A DNA stretch of 63,715 bases, filler included, from Reticulomyxa filosa (lineage: Eukaryota; Protista; Foraminifera): NCBI GenBank assembly GCA_000512085.1. It is 22 parts of 22 records of this genome, joined end to end, with 100 filler letters (N's around TTAATTAATTAA, not from the genome) between each part and the next. Parts side by side here need not be neighbours in the genome. Positions count along the whole stretch, not along the records: positions 53,053 to 54,234 come from ASPP01041901.1; positions 54,335 to 56,225 come from ASPP01046767.1; positions 56,326 to 58,387 come from ASPP01014932.1; positions 58,488 to 59,589 come from ASPP01027016.1; positions 59,690 to 60,725 come from ASPP01046622.1; positions 60,826 to 62,085 come from ASPP01028193.1; positions 62,186 to 63,715 come from ASPP01034995.1; 15 more parts are not named here. One strand, given 5' to 3'. The position numbers were made by a program, and so were the translations under genes. The notes under the pieces are model-generated. The model was not told the DNA's origin. It saw only the letters and a list, made by a program, of their open reading frames with translations, and did no database searches. Numbering within the stretch: position 1 is the stretch's first letter; each line of letters opens with the position of its first letter. Below, piece by piece: positions 53,277 through 63,715 of this stretch.

Positions 53277-54150
53277 TTAAAAAAAAGAGGCTCGAAACTA
53301 ATACTTCACGCGACGACATATTAGCCACTATTGCAACACGTCGTAGTGTCCCCCGTGGATCGCTTTCTGACTGCCATTGTTGTTGATTTTAATAAAACAA
53401 GTCCAAAAAAAAAAAAAAAAGAAAGTGACAACAAAGGGAGGAGACAAAGAGTATATACACATGTAAATATATACATGTATGTGTATACCTCTCGTACATA
53501 TACACAATATAGAATAGAGTATGGAGCGAACCGGAAAGTGTACGCCAATATTAAATAGCACCACATATTGAAATGCAACTTTTTCTTTTTCAGTCAATTC
53601 CAATTTTTCTGCTAGACGTTCAATTCGCGGTCTGTAGCTCCCCTTTTTTTTTTTTTTGATATGTTGGTCATTTGTGTTACATGCGCATTGTCTTGAGAAA
53701 CGAGGAGGGGAGGGAAGGCAATATTGAATGGAGTGTTTCACAATTTGGGTTTCAGCTTTTTTACTTTATTCTTTGATTCTTCCAATTTCACTCGCAATAA
53801 GTCTTGCAATTGTTCCAATGAGGAATTCAGAAATTTGTGTGCTTGTGTACATGCACATTCGCTTGTGCTCTGCACTGCTCGGGTTTGCGTTAGCAACTCA
53901 AATGCTAGTGTTATGTTGCTGTCATACAACAGAAACATTAAAGAAAATATCCCTTCCAATAACAATAAATACTCGTCGTCATTGACAAAAGCTTCATTTT
54001 TTTTTTTTTTGGTACGTGTTATTGTTTTGTTTATCTTTTGTTGCAATTTTGAAATCGTCGTAGGACGAGTACAGTTGTCGATTACACAACGTGCTTTTTT
54101 AGCATTTATGACCTGCCTTGGTGTAGGTAAGCAAAATCCTTATATATTTT
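53053..54150 (-). CDS. Internal exons of a hypothetical protein, possibly an AAA+ ATPase N-terminal region
   Basis: Spliceable exons EAFVNDDEYL..., YRPRIERLAEKLELTEKEKVAFQYVVL, FLAPSRKHVQDGLF. No NTPase motif in view. Confidence 0.4.
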
Positions 54151-56409
54151 TGCAACACCACTTCAGGAGGGAGTTCAAATGTGGGAGTTATTTTCTCCAT
54201 TTGGTCCAGAAAATGTTCCTTCTTAAAAAAAAAANNNNNNNNNNNNNNNNNNNNNNNNNNNNNNNNNNNNNNNNNNNNTTAATTAATTAANNNNNNNNNN
54301 NNNNNNNNNNNNNNNNNNNNNNNNNNNNNNNNNNGGGGATGTAGTTCAAGTTTTTTTATGTTCGTTTTTGTAATGCTGCCTTTTCGACAACAAAGAATAA
54401 AGTCTCAATGGCCTTTGCTACCAGAAAACAAAAGTGGAAGAGCGTTGGAAGCAAATCATGGAAGTAAAGAGACGATTGAAGACATTAGAAAGTCGTCTCG
54501 AGGACAGAAGAAGAAAGACTGTGGTGATCACCTCTTACTGACTTGTTATTTTGGTCAATATTTCATACAAGTGATCTGAGTTGAGATAATAATTATCAAA
54601 ATGGATTTTAGTCAAAGCAAAACAATAGTGACAATGGAGTAGAAAGGAAAGATGAGTATTTACCATTATGGTAATATCAATCATCAATACCAACAGTGAC
54701 GACAGCAGACTGGAGAGAGCAAATATACCGTCAACACCGGCTCATTTCCATTGACAGAGTGTGTGAAGCAGCTGACAACAAATCAAACAGTCAATGTTTT
54801 GTTGGTATATACATATTCGATCACAATAGAAAAATACTTTGGAATTTGGTATGCTTTTTGGTTCGGTTTGAATGAAACCACATAGGCAAAAGTGAAGATA
54901 TGGATGAAGGAGTGATCACAACAACCACTTTGATCAATGAATATGTTATTAAAAAAAAAAAAAAGATAGATAAATTGAGAATGAGCAATCAAAGAGACAG
55001 CTGCCAAATATATGACAGTGAACATGCAAGTCAAATTATTTTCAAACGTGTAAATGATCGCCAATATTATTTAAATATTAGTAGTATTTCTCTTTTGCTG
55101 CATAGATAGCATATTATCATTTCCGTTGTGCACGTAGTCGATGTATAAATGACATACGTACTTTTAAATGCATGGCGGCATCCATTGTAAAGTAATATAC
55201 ATTTGTGTTTTCATTGATTTGAGTAGAATATTTAAAAGATAAGAATGCAAGTTTGAAACATTGGTTTGGTTTGAATGACAGTAGCAAGTGTTGATGCAGT
55301 TATTTTTTTTTTTTAAAAAGGGACTTGTAATCATACTGCAATCTCGAAAGTTGATTGAAGTGGTGCAGCTTTATATGAAAAGAAGAAATACCAAAAGAGA
55401 TCATTACTAATATACATTATTTTAAATTAAAAATCAATTTACAAATATAACTTTGAATACAACAAATCAAAACAGAAAACACACAAAATCAAATGAAATG
55501 AATAACCCAATGTGGAATCTTGACTTGTAAGATTTAGTTCCAACTATTTCAGACAAGCAAAATTGTGAGTGAATTAGAACAATAATGTAAAGCAAGATTA
55601 TCACAAAGATCAAGTTAAAAACTGAACTGGGAACTATCGAAGAAATGCGCTTATGACGGACGTTTTCCATAGTAGTGCTGTTGTAGATGATTGGAAGCAA
55701 TAACACCACCCAAGTGGTTGCCGCTACCACATCATCTATTATTTCATAAATACAGGCCACTAGAAGGGAGGAGGGGATGCAATGCATCACTAATCGCGAG
55801 TCGATATATACTGGCACACGCCACATGGCTGTCCATAGATAAGCAGCGTCTGATTGGAGTCGTTGTCGTCATATTTGTCCATATATGTGGACCCTTTTGC
55901 TTGCAGGACTGGTGGCTTCACGACCCCTACCTACATCCTTTCAGAATGATGCAAACATTGGCATCATATAATCGGCCTGCTATGCGTGCGGAATAAGCAC
56001 TAAAAAACCGAAGGAGCCAACTGAAATACCATTGCAGGAATCAGGAACAGCAAATCGCCATTGCAACAATAATGGAATATCACCAATGAATAAACATAAA
56101 AAAAAAAACAAAACAAACCTAGTGGAAAAAAAAAAGTTGAACAAAATACAATACAGCAAACAAATAAATACAAATGGTGAATCCCCTCCGCCTAATCGTT
56201 CAAAAAAAAAAAAAAAAAAAAATAGNNNNNNNNNNNNNNNNNNNNNNNNNNNNNNNNNNNNNNNNNNNNTTAATTAATTAANNNNNNNNNNNNNNNNNNN
56301 NNNNNNNNNNNNNNNNNNNNNNNNNAAAAAAAAAAAAAAAAAAAAAAGATGGGAAAAAAGATAAATTCTATATGACAATGAAACAACAAGTTAAAAAAAA
56401 GAAACATGC

Positions 56410-57530
56410 ACCTTCACTGCCTGGGTCAACATGTTCATCATTTTTTCATGTCTTCTTTGAGAGTTTAAGGCAACAGATTCATACTTGTCATTTGCCGTGG
56501 TGTTATCATCGTCAGGGTGATTTCTGATGTAGGCAATTGTATCCAAGTCATCCACACGCGATGCGAGTTCATCCACAAACGTTTGTGTCACCGCAGGCGT
56601 GAATTCTCCTGTTATCGCAACTGGCCGCACTCGGACAGGAAGCTTTTTTTTTTTTTTTTTTTTTGGTGATGCATTACCAAAGGGGGATGTCAAAACTGAA
56701 CGTTCAACTAATAATAATAAATATATGTATATATATTTATTATTATTATTGTTATTATTGTTATTATTGTTATTATTACAAAGCACATATTTCAACAATC
56801 AAAAAAAAAAATAAAATAAATAAATAAAAAATTAACATTTTGTAAATCTTGAATCAAGATTTCCCATTTCTTATTTTCGTGTTCAATGTTTCCTTGAATA
56901 GCCGAAACGAATTCGTCCGAGTCCTCATCGTCTTTGGCCTCCACTTCAAATCCGGACGCCTCTTCGTCGTATATCGCCGTTTTGTTGCGACTGCTTTCCG
57001 TTTCGGTAATGAGCTTGTTCAGCTCTTCCAACGCTTGGCCCATTGTGGTGTGTCTTTGTTTGTTGTTGGTCAAAATGGTGTCCAATATGCTGACGGGCTT
57101 TTCATAGCGCAATACGCTTATCGCCGTTTGCAAGTCATTGGTGCGCTCTTTCAACTCTGCCAACATTTGCTTTTTTACAAACATTATCACGTGCACCATC
57201 TTCAACACTTCGTCTTGCCATCGCTGGTTCACTTCTGTCACTTTGTGCAGCTCATTGTTGTTCGAAACCAACCGTGACCCCGTCCCGCTTTGTACCTTCG
57301 ACACAAAGTCATTGTTGCGAGCTATTATCTCATCCAATATTTCGTCTCTTCCATCTGCACTTGCTTCTTGTTCGACTTGGCTTTGACGCTGACTTTGAGT
57401 TTGATCTTGACTTGGAGCTTGGAATTGACTTTGCCTTACCTCCTTTGGCGTGTTGTAAAACAGCTCGTTCAGTCGCCGTAAGTCGTCACTTCGTGCGTTA
57501 AACTCATTGATTATTGCTTCGTTTGAGGCC
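56410..57530 (-). CDS. Coiled-coil hypothetical protein (internal exons)
   Basis: Long helical ORFs 56792-57337 and 56391-56700 separated by an intron-like (AAT/AAC)n tract. Confidence 0.55.
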
Positions 57531-57942
57531 TAAAAAAAAAAACAGGACACAAAATCCAATCATCAAGCCAGAAACAGTGAAGACATCACCTACCATATGA
57601 TAACTTTTGCTAAGAAGAAAAAAAAATTAGGAAAACGAGAGAATTTTCGCTGCGGTATGGTTGCCCCCCCCAACACTCAAACGTTAGTGAAAAGTCTGCA
57701 ACTTTTACTTTCAAATTTTTTTTTAATAAATATTGGCTTATGACGATGTAATGAATAATGAATTGTCAAAAAAAATGAGAATAAGCTACATGTACTTTTC
57801 AAGACGCAAAGAAGCAGCTACGTCTTGCCTCTTTGATGTGCCCATGTATGTTTACTATTTGTTCTTGAAGATGCGCAGGTATTGTTCTTTTTTTTCTTGT
57901 AAAAAAAGGTCTTATTATTTTTTTGAGTTATTATCTTAAATC

Positions 57943-58332
57943 ATGTTTATTTGTCAACCAAGAGGGCTTGTACATCTCTCATCCAAATTACTTTCGTCAC
58001 AACGCAGGGGCGTTTACTTGCCTATTCTGTCTCGAGTGGAACCCATAGTCCACCCTAGTCAAAAAAACATCGAAGAAGAAGATATTACTGACGACAAGGA
58101 GGTCGGACCAGCATTAGAGTACTCTTTATGTGGTGGTGGAACTCCCAACTTTCGACGAGGAACAGCCCGTGCGCGCTTCAGACGAAAACTGCGCTGGATG
58201 AACAGTAAAACGACAAAGCCTCAACTTTACATAGCTTGCCGAAACTGTGGCGCACCTACATTACCTCAACATATGTGTCTACAATGTTTCACTGCACCTC
58301 CGAGATCAAATCTAATGAATCCACAAATCTGA
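57943..58332 (+). CDS. MRPL32: Mitochondrial ribosomal protein bL32m precursor
   Basis: Presequence-like N-terminus, then a basic segment TPNFRRGTARARFRRKLRW and a zinc ribbon CRNCG..LPQHMCLQC, as in bL32. Confidence 0.75.
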   Translation: MFICQPRGLVHLSSKLLSSQRRGVYLPILSRVEPIVHPSQKNIEEEDITDDKEVGPALEYSLCGGGTPNFRRGTARARFRRKLRWMNSKTTKPQLYIACRNCGAPTLPQHMCLQCFTAPPRSNLMNPQI

Positions 58333-59689
58333 AGCATTGGAATATTCCCTCCAATTCTATGCCTTTCATAAACCTTTTTTTTTTTTTNNNNNNNNNNNNN
58401 NNNNNNNNNNNNNNNNNNNNNNNNNNNNNNNTTAATTAATTAANNNNNNNNNNNNNNNNNNNNNNNNNNNNNNNNNNNNNNNNNNNNTCATACTGGTGAT
58501 TGTCAATATCTACTATGTCTTTTAGATAATTTTCTACAAGATACAGTCATTACCATCCATTATTATAAACAAAAATGTGCTAACATTTTTTTCTTTTCTA
58601 TTGTACTTTATTATGTAGTTTTATCTTTCTCTTGCACTTGTTATTGCTGATAAACAATTTAATCATGGAAAATAAAATATTCAATAAGTAAATCAGAATT
58701 TTGAAGAAAATGCAATAACTCAATCACAACAATAACTTCATGTTGATATTTTTAAATCAAATAATCCTTTTGTCTCTGATTTATTAATTATTTAGGAAAT
58801 ATGTAAAAAATATACTTAAACGTTACATAGCAATTCAGATAATGAGACAACGATGAAATATTAAAGAAAATAAAAATAATTAATTTGTACAACAACGCAA
58901 ACCTTTATCACATTCTATCATTTTTTATAGTATATTCTCAATAAAATTTTCTAAATTAAGGTAAAATTTCATAATTTAATTAGTTAACATGTATTTGATT
59001 GAAAGAAATCTCCGTCTTTTTTAAATTAAACATATTTTTTAAAAATTAAAATGTTTAAACTTATTTCTAAGACAAAATTACTACAAAGTGATAAAAAAAA
59101 ATTTTTGGAGTTAAATATACCTTTTTATTTTAACAATCTTTAATAAAAACAAAAAAAAAATTGCTTAAGCAAAAAGCAAAATACTTGATCCATTTCGTTA
59201 CCAAATTTATTGTTACTATTCATCTTTCTACTAAGACAAAGACAAAAAAAAATCGGTAATAATAAAAACAATTTTCTTTATTTTATTAATTATTCTTTAC
59301 ATTTGCATTATCTTACACTTTTAAAAAAATATCTTCACATTTCAAGTTAATTTTCTTTGTTCAAAAAAAAAATTACAAAATAGGGATTTGTTTGCCACCA
59401 AATAGAACAAATTTAATATACAATTTTTTTCACATAGAAGTTTCATAATCTCATTTGAAAAAATTGTAAGTAAAACTTAACGCTTCATATTTAACCTAAA
59501 AACATGGACAAAAAATGGTATAAACAAATTTTAAAAAAAGCAAAGGAAGGGAGAAGCGAAAAAGAAAGCGTTAGATCAGGCAGCGCCTTNNNNNNNNNNN
59601 NNNNNNNNNNNNNNNNNNNNNNNNNNNNNNNNNTTAATTAATTAANNNNNNNNNNNNNNNNNNNNNNNNNNNNNNNNNNNNNNNNNNNN

Positions 59690-60330
59690 TCCTTGCGGAG
59701 ACGGGGGGCCTTACCCCATATTCAATTATTTTTTTTCTCTTGATAAAGGATGCACAGCATCCAAACAAAAATGACATATTTTTATTATTTTTTTTAGAGT
59801 TTGCGAACTGTTCAAACAAAACACAAAACAAAACCACTTTTTAGTTGCAAAATAACTTGAAAAATAAAAAAGACCTACCAGTGTTTGCTAAGAAGACGAT
59901 TAGCGCCCTATTTATGAACTGGTACTAAAGAGATACAACCAAAGAAAAAAAAAGAAGACCTTTTTTTCTTAAACAAGACGTAGACACAATTCATAAATAT
60001 CTATTAAAAAATTGTAAATTTGCAATTTTTTGGAATATTTTGGCACTTTGACAAAATAGCTTGAAAAAAGAATTGTTAAAAATTGTATATATTATTAAAA
60101 AACGAGTTAATTACAGATAATTGAAATTAAAATTATTTTTTTGGAATAAATCATCACTTTTTCTTGAGTAATGATTTTTCTCTAGAAGAGAAAAAGTTTT
60201 CCCTTTTTAGAAAAAGTTCTCTTATACATTACAAAGGTGGTTTTGGCTCTTCTTTCTTTAAACAACCTAACAAGCCAAACATATCTAACATAGAGAGTTC
60301 CTTCACCAATGTATTCCTCTGCAAAAATGT
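59690..60330 (+). repeat. Degenerate dispersed repeat family A, copy 3
   Basis: Starts at TCCTTGCGGAGACGGGGGGCCTTACCCCAT and is colinear with 29887-30505 (TTGCAATTTTT.GAATATTTTG; CTAACAAGCCAAAC; CCAATGTATTCCTCT). Confidence 0.88.
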
Positions 60331-61668
60331 AACAGCTGCCGAAAAAGAAAGAATAGAGTCAGTGTAAACCCAAGACATCCAAAATAACAATACCATTTGA
60401 AAAAAAATATTGTGATCGCGGCCCAAACAGATACATTTTTCTATTGTGGTCTTTCCTGAAGTTGGAAACATTCAGGTTATCTATTTTCACAGCCAGCGAG
60501 AATATCAATTTTTTTGTTGTTCCGAAAGTGCATAATGAATGAGTCAATCACACACCATTTTCACAATAAAAAATAAAGTCTATAACATTATCTTTGTTAA
60601 TCGATTGAAATTGATGATCCATAATAATCAGTACGTGGAATTACAAAAAATAATCACAACAGTGGGGGTCAATTATTGCACCGAAGTTTCTCAATGTTAA
60701 TGTACGTATCAGTTTTTTTTAACACNNNNNNNNNNNNNNNNNNNNNNNNNNNNNNNNNNNNNNNNNNNNTTAATTAATTAANNNNNNNNNNNNNNNNNNN
60801 NNNNNNNNNNNNNNNNNNNNNNNNNTGGGTTCACAAAATATTATCTTGCATATTCTCAGCAAATTTTTTTTTTCGAATGCTTGAGTAATTCGGATATTTA
60901 ATCAATTTGGGAATCTCCTTTGCATCAAGTTTTTTCAATTACCGAAGAATAGATTATATTTTTAAATAAACAATGAAAATCAGTTCATTTTTTTCAAAAA
61001 TTATATTGATATTTAATGTTTCAAATATTGATAATTGAATGATGGAATATACAAAAAGTTCACTTATTTTAATCCAAAAAATTTGAACTTGAATGTTTGG
61101 ATGTATCATTGAGTGACGGATCATAAAATTAATTAAATAGTATTCGATATATAGCAAAGAAATTTAATATAAGTATAGCTTCGATTTTGGCTGTCGTCAT
61201 ATAAGTGTAATGGAACCATAAAAATAAAAGCTGGATCTGGCAGGTCATAGAAAATTTGTCATATCACAAAACTAAAAAAATAATGTATTTGGTGGATAAT
61301 TAAAGTAAAATTATATAAAGGCGAAAAAATTAATAACAAACAATAACTTTGAAAAAAATTTGAAAAAATATTTAAAAAAGCCTACACTAAACTATGTCAA
61401 GCTCTAGTTTAGACAATGCCAAAATGAAAATCAAAAAAATTTCAAAATTTTGTTAAAAATTACGAAAGATACAAGGATAATCTTTTTTAAAAAGTATTTA
61501 CTTGACTTGAAGATTCTTAAAATGAAACAAAAATATTTAAAAATTTCTTATTTTAAATACATGTTCAATTTATATGAACTCCTTCGAAATTTTTAAAAAT
61601 CATTTGAAAAAATTATATTTTTGATCAACATAGAAAAACTTATCATAAAACCAATTCATATTAAAAAA

Positions 61669-61780
61669 CTACAAAATTAGTATATATTTTTTAAAAAAAT
61701 TATGTTTAAATCTTTATTTTTCGTGGAGAAAATCGATTCTCTTCATATAGTGCCATTTAGGTGTCAGTTTTTTTTGCAAT
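61669..61780 (+). repeat. Dispersed repeat family B, copy 2
   Basis: Near-identical to 5664-5780. Confidence 0.9.
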
Positions 61781-62185
61781 ATACTTATTTACGTATATAT
61801 ATCTTCAAATAAACATAACATCTTAACAAAAAAAATAACTTATACATGAATCGTTATAAGTATTCGCTTCACCACGACGCAGTGGTGACAGTGATTTAGT
61901 GATATCAATTATCGCGCCCGTTTGCCGGAGGATATCTAACTTCCACTCTAGCTCTTTCATTAAGTGCCATCTACTACTAGATTTAGCATGAATTAGTATT
62001 TGCGCTCTTCTCGCCGCTCTGTTCAAGTGCGCAGACAACAATTATCTTCACATGTGCTACTAATCTTGTGTTGACTCTTGTCAGCNNNNNNNNNNNNNNN
62101 NNNNNNNNNNNNNNNNNNNNNNNNNNNNNTTAATTAATTAANNNNNNNNNNNNNNNNNNNNNNNNNNNNNNNNNNNNNNNNNNNN

Positions 62186-63660
62186 GAAAGGAGAAACAAA
62201 GGTTTGTCTTATTTATCTTTTTTAAAATATGTTTAAGTGTTGTGTTATGTTGTGTAACATAGGTTCCCCCGCCTACCAAATATTGTCAAAATATGTATTC
62301 CCTTCCCCTACACACACACAAAAGAAAAATAATGGTTGAAATCCAACTTGTCTCCACTGATGGGGAAGAACAGTTTAGATGTTTATATTTATTTTTATAT
62401 ACATATATATTCTTTTGTTATATAATGTTATTGTGTTTGTGAAGCAATAGGAATTCCAATCAAAGAATATATATTTCTATTTATTTGTACCCTCCACCAC
62501 TCATCAATCTAAAAAAAAATTTTGAAGTGCTTTCCAACAGGTTGGAGATTGTGTCCCTCTTATCATAGGTATAAGTATATTTTTTTGCTTTAAAAAATTA
62601 TAAATATAACTTTATTTGTTTGTATAGATGTCCAGTCAGCAAGAAAAGTTCCAGATGGTATATATCTTTTTAAAATGGGATTTGGAGAAAAAGGGGGAAA
62701 ATAATTATTAAGGGTGATATGAAAAAAGTGAATAAAAAAAAGGGAATAACAAAAGTAAAAAAAGGGTGAAGATATTAATAAAAAAAAATGTAAAAGTAAA
62801 TAAGAAAAAAAAAAGTGATAAAAAAAGAAAAAGGAAAATGGAAAAAAAGAAGAAAAAATAATGGAAAAAGAAAAAAATGATATTTATAAGGAAAGAAAAA
62901 AAAAGAAAAGAATAAGAAATTATTTTTGAAATTTTAATTTTTTTAAATATTTGAAGAAATGATGATGCCACCACACGGGATGGCAATCAGTTAAGTAAAT
63001 TTTTTTCTTTATGTGTTTTTTAAAAAAATCAAATATAAAGACATACTTACAAAAAAACATATGAAATAAAAAAATAGAAATTGTGGCTTGCCAATACAGA
63101 ACATTATCAATGATCAAGGGTTCGAAAGCGTCGTTTATATAATTGGAAATAGTATTGTGGCGAGTTGAATAGTGCAGAAGATCATACATCCACAGCATCA
63201 AGAACAACGGCAATAATGATATGATCAATTATTTCAAATGCAGTTTCAATGGCAATCTCAATGGCAATTCTAATAATGCATATACAACAACAAAACCACG
63301 AGAACGGGGAAACATCAGAAAATGAACCATCTTGAATGTGCCAAATTCTTCATTGCGAAGAGCTTGAGTACAACAATTTACTATTCAATTTGGTATTTAT
63401 CTTTTATTATATGGTTTAATGTCAAAGATATTGAAGTGGATTGCAAGAAATGGGCAATGAAATGGAGTCAATGGATACAATGTTATTATTTTTATTATTT
63501 GCGTTCAATCCAGTTGCTGCTTCATTATCTCAAATATCGCTAAAAAACCAATGGACCCCAGTGACAACAGCCACGCTATCATTTCATTGGTCCAAAAATT
63601 GCTTTGTGCATTCACTGTCAAGCAAAAATTCAAGATGAATAACAACTTGCGCTTCCAATC
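62186..63660 (-). repeat. Degenerate dispersed repeat family A, copy 4 (inverted)
   Basis: Reverse complement is colinear with 45680-46990 and ends at CTCCTTTC, inside the conserved hairpin motif. Confidence 0.82.
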
Positions 63661-63715
63661 CATTTTGAAGCCACCCTCAAATTGACAATCAATTATATCA
63701 AATCTGTCCAAGGAG

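Noticed and set aside
54335-56225. Fifth copy of family A or a real gene
   Set aside because: Only short word matches (CAGTGAC.ACAGC, CATTTCCATTG) and fragmented ORFs; cannot be supported without an alignment.
5564-62185. Regularly recurring TTAATTAATTAA as a repeat array or regulatory motif
   Set aside because: Always centred in N-runs of fixed length; it is a contig-joining linker.

Overview
This window is not one locus. It is a pseudomolecule of about 22 short contigs joined by artificial 100-nt linkers (N44-TTAATTAATTAA-N44, stops in all six frames), so adjacency across a linker has no biological meaning. Most contigs are AT-rich, intron-containing eukaryotic DNA with long homopolymers and homopolymer frameshifts. 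The gene families (Kelch/WD40 expansions, NACHT-HEAT pseudogene) suggest a rhizarian/foraminiferan genome such as Reticulomyxa; this is inference, not checked. Recognisable genes: FN3-TLDc protein, GT34-like glycosyltransferase, Kelch-WD40 and WD40 genes, a Rho-family GTPase, SLC35F5-like transporter, EGF-repeat membrane protein, THADA/Trm732, PX-domain protein, an acylated protein kinase, RPS10 (eS10) with a long RGG tail, a TALE homeobox gene, a SPRY-SAM protein, a NACHT-HEAT-ankyrin pseudogene and mitochondrial bL32m. One contig (12823-13911) is gammaproteobacterial fliD-fliS, most likely a contaminant. The most interesting signals are: (1) a degenerate multi-kb dispersed repeat, in four contigs, whose best-conserved parts are GC-rich hairpins; (2) a Rho GTPase whose insert region carries an F-box-like module resembling the one in the Kelch-WD40 gene; (3) four back-to-back hairpins in RPS10 intron 3; (4) a strong excess of GTT 5' splice donors. 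All assignments are by eye from motifs; no searches were run.
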